Positions 24,272 to 32,000 of a stretch of DNA of 32,000 bases are shown here, in pieces (positions within the stretch are counted from its first letter, which is position 1; every line of letters starts with the position of its first letter). Position numbers and translations under genes: made by a program. The notes below the pieces were generated by a model. That model ran no database searches, was not told the DNA's origin, and worked only from the letters and a program-made list of their open reading frames with translations. Location of the stretch: NCBI GenBank assembly GCA_041494705.1, contig JBGQBI010000003.1, positions 30,001-62,000 of the forward strand, written 5' to 3'. Origin of the DNA: Candidatus Methanoperedens sp. Lineage in GTDB: Archaea > Halobacteriota > Methanosarcinia > Methanosarcinales > Methanoperedenaceae.

Positions 24272-25159
24272 ATGGGTAATACTGAAAAAATGGTAATACT
24301 GTTTATCCTGTTATTATCCTCTAATTTATTTTTAAATAACGCAAGGTCGGAGGGGGATAATCTTTTGGCACAGGCACAGAATTCCTCCCAGCTATCCGGG
24401 TGGGTTTTTACACCAATCTATATCGATGGCATGAGCGCAAATTCAAGCGGGTTCAAAATCCTTTTAAGACCATACGAGCGCAGGATAACTGAAGGACAGT
24501 TCAATCCGAGTATTGTTGATGTTAAATTCGGAATACTCAATAATAAGGATATTATTTTTACCGATACCCTTGAGCAGGTTACACTGTACCAGCCGACTGA
24601 ACTGAGTGGCAGATGGAAAACAGTCTTAAAAGAGGGTATGAATTATACGGCTTTTGCACAGGTTTTCATGTATGAAAACGGAAAACAGCCAACATACATT
24701 TCTACCTCTTACTCAGGCTTTACCTCTGTAAACGATGCAAAAATTATAAATGTCGATGCTGATGGGCTCGGCTCGAGCATAACAGTAAAAAGCATATCTA
24801 TGGTTCCCCTGGATGCCAGAGTGTCTTTCGTGTTAAAACAAAATGATAAGATCCTGGAGGAAAAAGAGATCGACGCACCTGTAATCACGTCTAATGATGC
24901 GGACGAAACAATCGAAGTTCTCTGGAACAGGAATCTTGATAACGGGAAATATATTGTAGAAACAAAAATAGTTGACAAGAAAAATGAAATCATAGACCGC
25001 TACGATAAAGTTTTTGAAGTCAAGAGAATTGCTGTCAATACATCAGTTACAGCCGAATCGACCGGTGATGTAATGAAAATGCCCGGTTTCCAGGGTATCG
25101 AGATAATCGTTTTGACTTTAATAATTAACCTGTGGCGCCGTTTAAGGTTAGGATTATGA
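24272..25159 (+). CDS. Secreted surface protein with a putative PGF-CTERM archaeosortase sorting signal
   Basis: 295 aa with an N-terminal signal peptide (MVILFILLLSSNLFLNNARS). The C-terminus MPGFQGIEIIVLTLIINLWRRLRLGL has the PGF tripeptide (25082-25090), a hydrophobic helix and a basic tail. It starts 6 nt after the upstream stop and has an ATGA overlap with the permease. Confidence 0.55.
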   Translation: MGNTEKMVILFILLLSSNLFLNNARSEGDNLLAQAQNSSQLSGWVFTPIYIDGMSANSSGFKILLRPYERRITEGQFNPSIVDVKFGILNNKDIIFTDTLEQVTLYQPTELSGRWKTVLKEGMNYTAFAQVFMYENGKQPTYISTSYSGFTSVNDAKIINVDADGLGSSITVKSISMVPLDARVSFVLKQNDKILEEKEIDAPVITSNDADETIEVLWNRNLDNGKYIVETKIVDKKNEIIDRYDKVFEVKRIAVNTSVTAESTGDVMKMPGFQGIEIIVLTLIINLWRRLRLGL

Positions 25160-26340
25160 GCATCGGTTCAAACCTCCGAACGGCTTTTTTTTTCGCAAAG
25201 AAGGATATCATCAAGGATAAAAAAATATTCTTATTTATATTCATTGCCATATCCTTTGGGACCGCAAACGCTATGATCATAAACGGGATAACCGATGGAC
25301 TGGTACTTGATTTAGTAGATAATACTATCAACTCAAATACGGGTCATATAACAATATATCCCGACCAGGACAAGCAATATATTGAAGGAGTGGGCGTCAA
25401 AGAGATGAAGCTCAAAAGCATGAGCGATATAGTCGCTTACTCATCACGTTTACAGGTTGGCGGAGTGATCAAAAATAAAGGGATGGCAAAATCGGTGAGC
25501 ATAATTGCTTTAGACCCCGCCAACGAGGAGAAGATATCCACTATATTTGAGAAGATCGAATCAGGTCAAGCCCTAAGTTCCAGGGATCGCAATGATATAA
25601 TTATCTCATTCAGGATACAGGAAGACATGGGTATCAATACCGGAGATGAGGTCATCCTGACTTTTGAAAATGGGAACAGCAAACGCTATAATATCAAAGG
25701 TATCATCCATACGGGCGTTCCTGCCGTGGATGCAAATACGGTTTATATCCCCATAGAAGAGGCAAAACAGCAACTGGGCATGCAGGATAAAGCGTCTGTG
25801 ATCCTTGTCAGGTTAACTGATAAAAATAACGCACAAAGATATAAACCGATTATTAAACAGGAACTTGAAGTATCGAATGTGAGGACGTGGAGAGAAGAGG
25901 TTGAATATACGCTCAGTTCCGCCGCAACAATGAACCAGCTTGGGAACACCATCGTATTAATTAGCCTAATTGCAGCGAATGTTTCCGTTGCAGTAATAAT
26001 TTATGTGAGCATTGTCAATAAAAGGAGACAGATAGGAATCATGAAAGCTATCGGGGTAAAAAATAGCCTTATTTTTACCATCTTTTTAATTGAGGCGATG
26101 TTTTTCGGGATCGCGGGAGTTATAGGGGGAGATATGCTTGGCTATGCAGTCATTAGATACCTTGAGAACCATCCTTTTTACGATCCGCTGTCTAGAGAAT
26201 ATCTGGGCGCAAGGTTCGGAATGAACCTTTTATTCTCTGCCTCGATGACGTCCTTCGGTACTTCTGTGCTCGCGGGAGTTTACCCTGCCATAAATGCAGG
26301 AAAAACAAACATTATCCAGGCAATATATGGAGGAAGATAA
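25156..26340 (+). CDS. FtsX/MacB-type ABC transporter permease
   Basis: It has an N-terminal TM, a large extracytoplasmic domain and three C-terminal TMs with an FtsX-like core (RRQIGIMKAIGVKNSLIFTIFLIEA). The likely start is the ATG at 25156, which overlaps the upstream stop; the track ORF begins at 25132. Confidence 0.85.
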   Translation: MSIGSNLRTAFFFAKKDIIKDKKIFLFIFIAISFGTANAMIINGITDGLVLDLVDNTINSNTGHITIYPDQDKQYIEGVGVKEMKLKSMSDIVAYSSRLQVGGVIKNKGMAKSVSIIALDPANEEKISTIFEKIESGQALSSRDRNDIIISFRIQEDMGINTGDEVILTFENGNSKRYNIKGIIHTGVPAVDANTVYIPIEEAKQQLGMQDKASVILVRLTDKNNAQRYKPIIKQELEVSNVRTWREEVEYTLSSAATMNQLGNTIVLISLIAANVSVAVIIYVSIVNKRRQIGIMKAIGVKNSLIFTIFLIEAMFFGIAGVIGGDMLGYAVIRYLENHPFYDPLSREYLGARFGMNLLFSASMTSFGTSVLAGVYPAINAGKTNIIQAIYGGR

Positions 26341-26342
26341 TT

Positions 26343-27008
26343 TTGATAGAAACAAGAGAACTCACAAAGACATACCTGATGGGAAAAGTTACGGTCTATG
26401 CGCTCGATGCCATAAATATTTCGATTGAGCTAGGGGAGTTCTTGGCAGTGATGGGATCATCAGGCAGCGGTAAAACAACGTTTTTAAACATGATAGGTAT
26501 GCTGGATACGCCGTCATCCGGCGAGATATTGTTGGACGGGGTGGATGCTACCAAACTTAGCGAGAGTGCAAAGGCAGCATTTCGATTGAATAGATTAGGC
26601 TATATCTTCCAGTTTTTCAGCCTGTTTGACCAACTGAGTGCCATTGAGAACGTGGCTTTCCCTATGATGATGGCAGGAAATCAATCCGAACCTTCAAAAA
26701 AGGCAAAAGAACTTCTTGAGGTTGTCGGTCTGGGTCACCGCATTCACCATAAGCCGTCAGAGTTATCCGGGGGTCAGCAGCAACGTGTAGCCATTGCAAG
26801 AGCACTTGCCAACAACCCGAAGATATTACTGGCGGATGAACCCACAGGTAATCTTGACAGGAAATCCTCTAATGAATTAGTAGAATTATTCAAACAATTG
26901 AACAAAGAACACGGGCTAACGATCGTACTTGTAACCCACGACCAGGAGGTAGGCGGAAAGGCTGATAGAATAATCAAATTCAGAGATGGAAAAATAGAAA
27001 ACCCATGA
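26343..27008 (+). CDS. ABC transporter ATP-binding protein (MacB/LolD-type)
   Basis: It has Walker A (GSSGSGKTT), the signature LSGGQQQRVAIARAL and Walker B (ILLADEPTGNLD). The TTG start is 8 nt after GGAGGA (26329-26334). Confidence 0.92.
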   Translation: MIETRELTKTYLMGKVTVYALDAINISIELGEFLAVMGSSGSGKTTFLNMIGMLDTPSSGEILLDGVDATKLSESAKAAFRLNRLGYIFQFFSLFDQLSAIENVAFPMMMAGNQSEPSKKAKELLEVVGLGHRIHHKPSELSGGQQQRVAIARALANNPKILLADEPTGNLDRKSSNELVELFKQLNKEHGLTIVLVTHDQEVGGKADRIIKFRDGKIENP

Positions 27009-27030
27009 GGAGTACCGTTAAAATATAGAC

Positions 27031-27678
27031 CTATTCAATAATCCGATGTAATATTTTATCCTCGGCTTTACGCAGGTGTTCAAGCAAGGTTGCCTTATTT
27101 ATTCCAATTTTATCTGCAAGTTTTTGAGGGTTTATTTTCCTTGGATAACTAAAATACCCGCTTAAGTACGCCTGCTTGAGCACTTCTTTTTGTTTTACTG
27201 TGAGTGACTCCAGCATATTCTTAGTAGCAGGATGGTATTTTTCAAATGACATAACTTCTATTTTCCAGTCCTCTTTGGCTTTCTTTACAATATTGTACAA
27301 TTCGTCGCGCTTGCCTACAAGGCTAAATCGGCAACCATGTCTATCAACAATTATGGGAAAGTCTAACTTGAGTTCGAAATTTTCAATAAAACCCGAAATC
27401 TTATCCACTATTATTTTACCTTTAATAAGGCAGATATATTTCTGGTTGGAGTGGCTTATTACATTCAGTTCAAGAATGTCGTTTTTCTTAATCCAGTCCT
27501 CTATATCAACGCCATCCTGGAATGTAATTTCACAAATTTCTGTGAATACTAAAGGTGTAAGGTTAAAGATTGAAATTATCTCAAGCCTCTCAACCATGTC
27601 GCTTATAAAAGGCATACAACAGCACACATGGGTCCCTTCGTCCATATTAATCGTCATCTTCCACATAAAAAGAACCAA
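27031..27678 (-). CDS. Transcription regulator with a C-terminal Bat-type HTH_10 domain
   Basis: The C-terminus LTVKQKEVLKQAYLSGYFSYPRKINPQKLADKIGINKATLLEHLRKAEDKIL is the classical HTH_10 (bacterio-opsin activator-like) pattern. I do not recognise the N-terminal 150 aa. Confidence 0.75.
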   Translation of the reverse strand: MVLFMWKMTINMDEGTHVCCCMPFISDMVERLEIISIFNLTPLVFTEICEITFQDGVDIEDWIKKNDILELNVISHSNQKYICLIKGKIIVDKISGFIENFELKLDFPIIVDRHGCRFSLVGKRDELYNIVKKAKEDWKIEVMSFEKYHPATKNMLESLTVKQKEVLKQAYLSGYFSYPRKINPQKLADKIGINKATLLEHLRKAEDKILHRIIE

Positions 27679-27874
27679 TCATTTTAATTCTATAAATAAT
27701 GGACTCTACATTTTTTAAGAACTTGACTATAGAATCACTTGCATTAACAGTATTGGAAAATCTCAATAAAATTTCAAGGGCTTGTAAGACTGTTTATAAA
27801 GATGAGAAACCTTTGACTTCAGGTACAGATGAGCTATCTGAATTGTACAAACAATTTAAACCATCCGTCTTTTT

Positions 27875-28309
27875 TTATCTTGCTACCAGAACAGTACACT
27901 TAGCTTTCCTGACCACAGCCTGGGCTACGCTCCCGAGTTCAGGGTTAATCTCTGTTTCTCCCTCGCCGCCCATGACAATGGTATGAACCTCGTATTTCTC
28001 AGCCGCATCCAGTATTGCCTGCGCTATAATCTCCGCCCTTGCTCCCATCTTTGGCATTCGCTGCATGCTGACCCCGACCAGCAGTTTCTGGATAGCTACG
28101 CCCATTTCAGCGCCCATTTCTAATACACGTTCCAGGACTTCCTCGCCCCGCGCCACGAGTTCCTCGCGCTCGGAATCCTTGCGGGCTACGGCTACGTAGA
28201 TAGCCGCCATGCGGATATTATACGATTTTGCGATTTTCATTGCTGCAATCTCGGCTTTTCTTGCGCACGCCGTGCCGTCGGTAGCCAGCAGAATCTCATA
28301 CCGTGTCAT
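27875..28309 (-). CDS. Universal stress protein (UspA family)
   Basis: 144 aa with ILLATDGTACARKA at the N-terminus and IVMGGEGETEINPELGSVAQAVVRKAKCTVLV at the C-terminus. Its start overlaps the NuoB-like stop (ATGA at 28306-28309). Confidence 0.85.
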   Translation of the reverse strand: MTRYEILLATDGTACARKAEIAAMKIAKSYNIRMAAIYVAVARKDSEREELVARGEEVLERVLEMGAEMGVAIQKLLVGVSMQRMPKMGARAEIIAQAILDAAEKYEVHTIVMGGEGETEINPELGSVAQAVVRKAKCTVLVAR

Positions 28310-28794
28310 GGATTGACCTCTGTTTTTTTCATTTTCTGCGGAAGCTTATCAAGTGCAACCATGATGCCGAATATGACTGCCTGCGGCCTGGGCGGGCATC
28401 CGGGTATGTACACGTCCACAGGGATGTATTTATCAACACCGCCTCCGCTTGCGTAAGTATCCCCGAATATGCCGCCGTTACACGCGCATGAACCCATTGC
28501 AACCACAAGTTTAGGGGATGGCGTGGCATTATAGGTCTTAAGGAGCGCAAGTTCCATGTTCCGCGTAACAGGACCTGTTACTAACAGCATATCCGCATGG
28601 CGCGGGGAAGCCACTATGTGGATACCGAATCGCTCTATATCATAGATGGGATTTGACAGCGCATTTACCTCAACTTCACAGGCGTTGCATGAACCCGCAT
28701 CTACCTCGCGTATGTGCAGCGAGCGCCCGAAGATTTTCTTTATCTTGTCATTGAGGCGTTCTCCCATTATCTCGACTTCATCCTCGACTGTCAT
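28306..28794 (-). CDS. NuoB/HycG/HyfI-like small subunit with [4Fe-4S] ligands retained
   Basis: Conserved motifs are GSCNACEVE, ASPRHADMLLVTGPVT, MGSCACNGG and IPGCPPRP. The start is set at the ATG 28794..28792, which overlaps the ferredoxin stop (ATGA). The longer track ORF (to 28896) would overlap the upstream gene by about 100 nt. Confidence 0.88.
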   Translation of the reverse strand: MTVEDEVEIMGERLNDKIKKIFGRSLHIREVDAGSCNACEVEVNALSNPIYDIERFGIHIVASPRHADMLLVTGPVTRNMELALLKTYNATPSPKLVVAMGSCACNGGIFGDTYASGGGVDKYIPVDVYIPGCPPRPQAVIFGIMVALDKLPQKMKKTEVNP

Positions 28795-29129
28795 ATCTTC
28801 CCCCGAATACTGGTAAGAAGGTCTTCTTTTGTTTTTGACGCAAGTTCGTATTCCTGTGCGAGCTTGATTGCGCCTTCGGGGCATACCTCCTCGCATCTTC
28901 CGCAGAATATGCAGCCGCAGTATGATAATGTAAGGATTTTTTCACTCCTCTCTTCGGTCAGCCATATCACGCCGGGCGGGCATACTGTTACGCATTTACC
29001 GCAGTAATTACACTTATCTGATAAAAGCTCCGGTTTCCCGCGAAATCCAAGAGGTGCAGCGTCCGGAATTTGCGGATATTTTGTGGTTTGCGAGCCGGTT
29101 TTAAGGGTTTTTTTCAGGATATCAAGCAT
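28791..29129 (-). CDS. 2x[4Fe-4S] ferredoxin subunit (HycF/HyfH/NuoI-like)
   Basis: 112 aa with two CxxCxxCxxxCP motifs (CNYCGKCVTVCP and CIFCGRCEEVCP). Confidence 0.85.
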   Translation of the reverse strand: MLDILKKTLKTGSQTTKYPQIPDAAPLGFRGKPELLSDKCNYCGKCVTVCPPGVIWLTEERSEKILTLSYCGCIFCGRCEEVCPEGAIKLAQEYELASKTKEDLLTSIRGKI

Positions 29130-29137
29130 TTTTTCAC

Positions 29138-30709
29138 CTACATATCATTGCCGGAATATGATAAGCTCAGGCTTTTATTGATAATCGGGAAGTCGGGAAC
29201 GATATTATCAAGCACGGCATACTCAATCGCGAGCCAGTTGCAAAACGATGGGTCCCTGACCTTGCATCTAACTATCCTGTTGTTTTCTATCATAACCCAG
29301 TAAAGCGTTTCTCCCCTCGGGGCTTCCGTGTATCCCAGTGCATAACCATCCGGAATTTCTCCGACATTAATCATAATATTGCCATCGGGAAGCGACCAGA
29401 GCGCCTGTTCTATCAATCCTATGGATTCGCATATTTCATCGGCTCGCACAAGCGTTCGTGCGTTCACATCGCCCGCTTTTTGCACCGGCACCTTGAAATT
29501 GAATTCAGAATAGGCTGCATACGGATGGTCGCGCCGCATATCCCTGTCGATACCAGAAGCGCGGGCTATCGGTCCCACGACATGCAATCCTTTTGCAATA
29601 TCATTGTAAATCCTTCCTGTGGTTTCAATCCTGTCAACAAGGGACGGTATTGCCATGAGGTACTCAATCAGCTCCCTGAAATCATGCTGTATCTCGGACA
29701 ACCTGAGTAATATCCCATCCTTTTTATCACCAATGTCGCGGCGCACGCCTCCGATTGTGTTCATCCCGCGAAGGAGCCTGCTTCCTGTTACTTTTTCGTT
29801 TAGCTGCAATATTTCTTCCTTAAGCCTGTTGGCATGAGCCGCGCCCATGACAAAAGCCACATCGGTTGCAATCCCGGCGATATCTCCGAGATGATTATAA
29901 ACGCGTTCAAGTTCGAGAAGAACCACCCGTATATATTTTGCCCGCGCCGGAATATCAACACCCGCTATTCTCTCAACAGCCTGGCAGAAAGCTATCGCAT
30001 GCGCTGCGGAGTTGTCGCCAGATATCCTTTCAGCAAGGAATACGGCTTTATCGAGGGATATGTTCTCAAACAGTTTTTCCACGCCTTTATGCGTATAGAA
30101 ATGCCGTATCTCAAGATTAATAATGGGCTCGCCTGCAACGCTGAACCTGAAATGTCCGGGTTCTATTACACCTGCATGCACGGGTCCTACCGGAATTTCA
30201 TAGACGCCTTCACCCTCAACGCGCCTGTACACATATTCACCCTCAACGCGCGACGGTTTTGTCCTTATATCAAAATCCTTCCGCAGCGGGTAAACCCCAT
30301 CTGGCCAGTCCTCAAAATGCACAAGCCGCCTCGGGTCTGGATGACCGACAGGAACCAGGCCGAACATATCCTGTATCTCTCGCTCATACCAGTTGGCTGC
30401 TGCAATCTTATGTGTAATGGAATTGTATCTGGGGGATTTTTCATCGACATTTATTTTTATTATAATGAACGCATCGCCTTTGTCGATGGAAAACACATAA
30501 TGGACTTTGAAACAGCCTTCCTTTTTTCTCTCATCGGTTGCGAAAATTGAAACAAGCGGTATATCCAGGTGGTGGTAAATATGGTCGCAAATCTTCACAT
30601 TTGCTTCTTTTTTTACGGTGAGATATGTTTCATTACGCGAGGTTATTTCATCAAGAATAGTATTCCCAAATTCCTTTTTTAAAGCCTCTATGAATTCCCT
30701 GTTCATCAC
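29138..30709 (-). CDS. Fused NuoC-NuoD / HycE-HyfG-like large subunit lacking all four NiFe-binding cysteines (Ehr-type)
   Basis: 523 aa with an N-terminal NuoC-like part (NWYEREIQDMFGLVPVGHPD). The large-subunit part has RISGDNSAAH (29999-30028) where hydrogenases have RxCGxCxxxH. The C-terminus is SLSLSYSGNDM (29141-29173) where hydrogenases have DPCxxCxxR/H. Confidence 0.88.
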   Translation of the reverse strand: MMNREFIEALKKEFGNTILDEITSRNETYLTVKKEANVKICDHIYHHLDIPLVSIFATDERKKEGCFKVHYVFSIDKGDAFIIIKINVDEKSPRYNSITHKIAAANWYEREIQDMFGLVPVGHPDPRRLVHFEDWPDGVYPLRKDFDIRTKPSRVEGEYVYRRVEGEGVYEIPVGPVHAGVIEPGHFRFSVAGEPIINLEIRHFYTHKGVEKLFENISLDKAVFLAERISGDNSAAHAIAFCQAVERIAGVDIPARAKYIRVVLLELERVYNHLGDIAGIATDVAFVMGAAHANRLKEEILQLNEKVTGSRLLRGMNTIGGVRRDIGDKKDGILLRLSEIQHDFRELIEYLMAIPSLVDRIETTGRIYNDIAKGLHVVGPIARASGIDRDMRRDHPYAAYSEFNFKVPVQKAGDVNARTLVRADEICESIGLIEQALWSLPDGNIMINVGEIPDGYALGYTEAPRGETLYWVMIENNRIVRCKVRDPSFCNWLAIEYAVLDNIVPDFPIINKSLSLSYSGNDM

Positions 30710-32000
30710 CTGACAACCTCCACGACTTTCATTATCATATCATAAAAGAACGGAGGAATATAAACGCCAAGCACAATGACAAATACAATCAGAATCGACA
30801 TTGCTGCAAGCGTCCACCTGCTCACTTCCCCTTTTGTTATTCCGGGTTTAGGCGTCCCGAACACCATCTTGCTTATGTTGTTGAAAAAACCTGCAAATAT
30901 CATAATCAGGAATAGCAGGAATAATACCGATGAAACATAATGACCCTGCAGGAACCCGGCTGCAAGTATTGTAAATTCGCTCAGGAATATGCTGAATGGC
31001 GGTGAACCAGTGATTGCAAGCGCGCCGATGATTAGCATAGGTCCTGTTACCGGCATTGATTTCACTATCCCGCTGACTTTATCTATCTCTTTTGTTTCAT
31101 ATTTTAATAGGACATTTCCGGCTCCGAAGAACATGAGGGATTTTGTCATCGCATGGTTGAACATGTGAAGAATGGCTCCGAATATCCCGTAAACGCCGCC
31201 AAAACCGATACCGAGCGCAACTATTCCCATGTGTTCAACGCTGCTGTAGGCAAGAAGCCGTTTATAGTCTTCCTGCAAAATGATAAAAGGAACTGCGATA
31301 CCGAGAGACAGAAGCCCGAATATTATCAGGAGATTGCTTGTAAACCCGACACCGACGGATTTTGTCGCAATCGCATAAAATCTGATGATGCCGTACATGG
31401 CGCAGTTAAGAAGCACGCCTGAAAGAAGCGCGCTGACAGGCGTGGGAGCCTCGCTGTGGGCATCCGGCAGCCAGGTATGCATGGGGGCAAGCCCGGCTTT
31501 CGTGCCGTACCCTATGAGGATAAAAATGAATGCAAGTTTCATTATGGTCGGGTCGAACCGGTCTGCCACAGCTATAAGCGATGTCCAGTTAAGCGCATCT
31601 CCGGATTCTCCCAGTATCTTCACCGCCGCATAATACGTCAGAATGGTGCCAAAAAGCGCAAACGTGATGCCTACCGTGCATATTATCATGTATTTCCAGG
31701 CAGCCTCAACCGAGGATTTCCTGGAATAGAGAATCATCAGGAGCGCGGAGACAAGGGTAGTCATCTCGATGGCTATCCAGAGACCGAGGTTGTTCGTGAC
31801 ACCGACGAGAAGCATTGTGAACATGAAGAGATGGAAAAGAACGTAATACATTCTCAATCTTCTTATATCCATTATGTTGTGGTCAAATTCATGCCCCATG
31901 TAACCGATAGAGTAAAAAGACGCAACAAAACCCACAATGGATACGATAAGGACAATAAATGCGCTGAATGCGTCCGCAAACAGGGCATTTTGCCATGTGA
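30706..32000 (-). CDS. NuoL/M/N- or HyfB/F-type antiporter-like membrane subunit, partial (N-terminus beyond the window end)
   Basis: The reading frame stays open to position 32000 (..TWQNALFADAFSAFIVLIVSIVGFVASFYSIGYM). Proton_antipo_M-type motifs are present (WLPDAHSEAPTPVSALLSGVLL, SSVEHMGIVALGIG). Its stop overlaps the start of the large subunit (GTGA at 30706-30709). Confidence 0.9.
   Translation of the reverse strand, partial: TWQNALFADAFSAFIVLIVSIVGFVASFYSIGYMGHEFDHNIMDIRRLRMYYVLFHLFMFTMLLVGVTNNLGLWIAIEMTTLVSALLMILYSRKSSVEAAWKYMIICTVGITFALFGTILTYYAAVKILGESGDALNWTSLIAVADRFDPTIMKLAFIFILIGYGTKAGLAPMHTWLPDAHSEAPTPVSALLSGVLLNCAMYGIIRFYAIATKSVGVGFTSNLLIIFGLLSLGIAVPFIILQEDYKRLLAYSSVEHMGIVALGIGFGGVYGIFGAILHMFNHAMTKSLMFFGAGNVLLKYETKEIDKVSGIVKSMPVTGPMLIIGALAITGSPPFSIFLSEFTILAAGFLQGHYVSSVLFLLFLIMIFAGFFNNISKMVFGTPKPGITKGEVSRWTLAAMSILIVFVIVLGVYIPPFFYDMIMKVVEVVR

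Noticed and set aside
29834-30550. A 238-aa + strand ORF, with other long antisense ORFs such as 27176-27718 and 22666-23133.
   Set aside because: Each is antisense to a gene with strong family motifs. Their translations have no recognisable domains. They are typical shadow ORFs.
29138-30709. Calling the large subunit a functional [NiFe] hydrogenase-3/4 (HycE/HyfG).
   Set aside because: Both N-terminal and both C-terminal Cys ligand positions are substituted (RISGDNSAAH and SLSLSYSGNDM), so a NiFe site cannot form.
1-32000. A search by eye for tRNA, rRNA, transposase/integrase genes, terminal inverted repeats of IS elements and cas genes.
   Set aside because: I recognised none. I saw no tRNA-like T-arm or acceptor patterns, and none of the proteins has DDE, tyrosine-recombinase or serine-recombinase signatures. 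A tRNAscan, Infernal or ISfinder run would be needed to be certain.

Overview
This window looks like an archaeal chromosomal segment. Its gene content resembles Methanosarcinales or ANME-type archaea: archaeal-type LeuRS, a PGF-CTERM sorting signal, a DUF1724/FilR1-type regulator, a Bat-type HTH_10 regulator, a chlor_Arch_YYY membrane protein, KaiC plus Roadblock, and Shine-Dalgarno-led, tightly overlapping operons. The taxonomic call is inference only. I support about 35 protein-coding genes. I saw no rRNA, tRNA, CRISPR array, transposase or integrase.

Layout, in coordinate order:
- 1-5265 (-): a six-gene signalling operon of Roadblock/LC7, KaiC, two small TM proteins, a PhnD-like lipoprotein and a HAMP/PAS histidine kinase. 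The kinase runs off the window.
- 5266-5620: a divergent intergenic region with a duplicated palindromic motif, next to a FilR1-like regulator.
- 6789-16753: housekeeping and envelope genes. These are a UbiA prenyltransferase, leuS, a DUF2298 protein, a HerA-like ATPase fused to a wHTH, a GT2 glycosyltransferase, an unannotated 52-aa ORF and a FAH hydrolase.
- 16942-17817: an RHH mini-cassette followed by purE.
- 17821-18673: a degenerate repeat cluster and a frameshifted deoxyribosyltransferase-like gene.
- 18753-27008 (+): the most unusual locus. It is a ten-gene, translationally coupled operon combining metalloid-type parts (DGC zinc-binding protein, NIP/AqpN-like channel, ArsA, ArsD-like) with an HdrA/MvhD-like-ferredoxin-DUF116 fusion, an orphan GcvH-like lipoyl carrier, a secreted mini squalene-hopene-cyclase-like protein with a DxDDT motif, a PGF-CTERM surface protein and a MacB-type ABC exporter.
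- 27875-32000 (-): a group-4-hydrogenase-like (hyf-order) membrane module. All four NiFe cysteine ligands of its large subunit are substituted (Ehr-like), and the module is translationally coupled to a universal stress protein.

All family assignments rest on motif recognition by eye and need HMM or BLAST confirmation.
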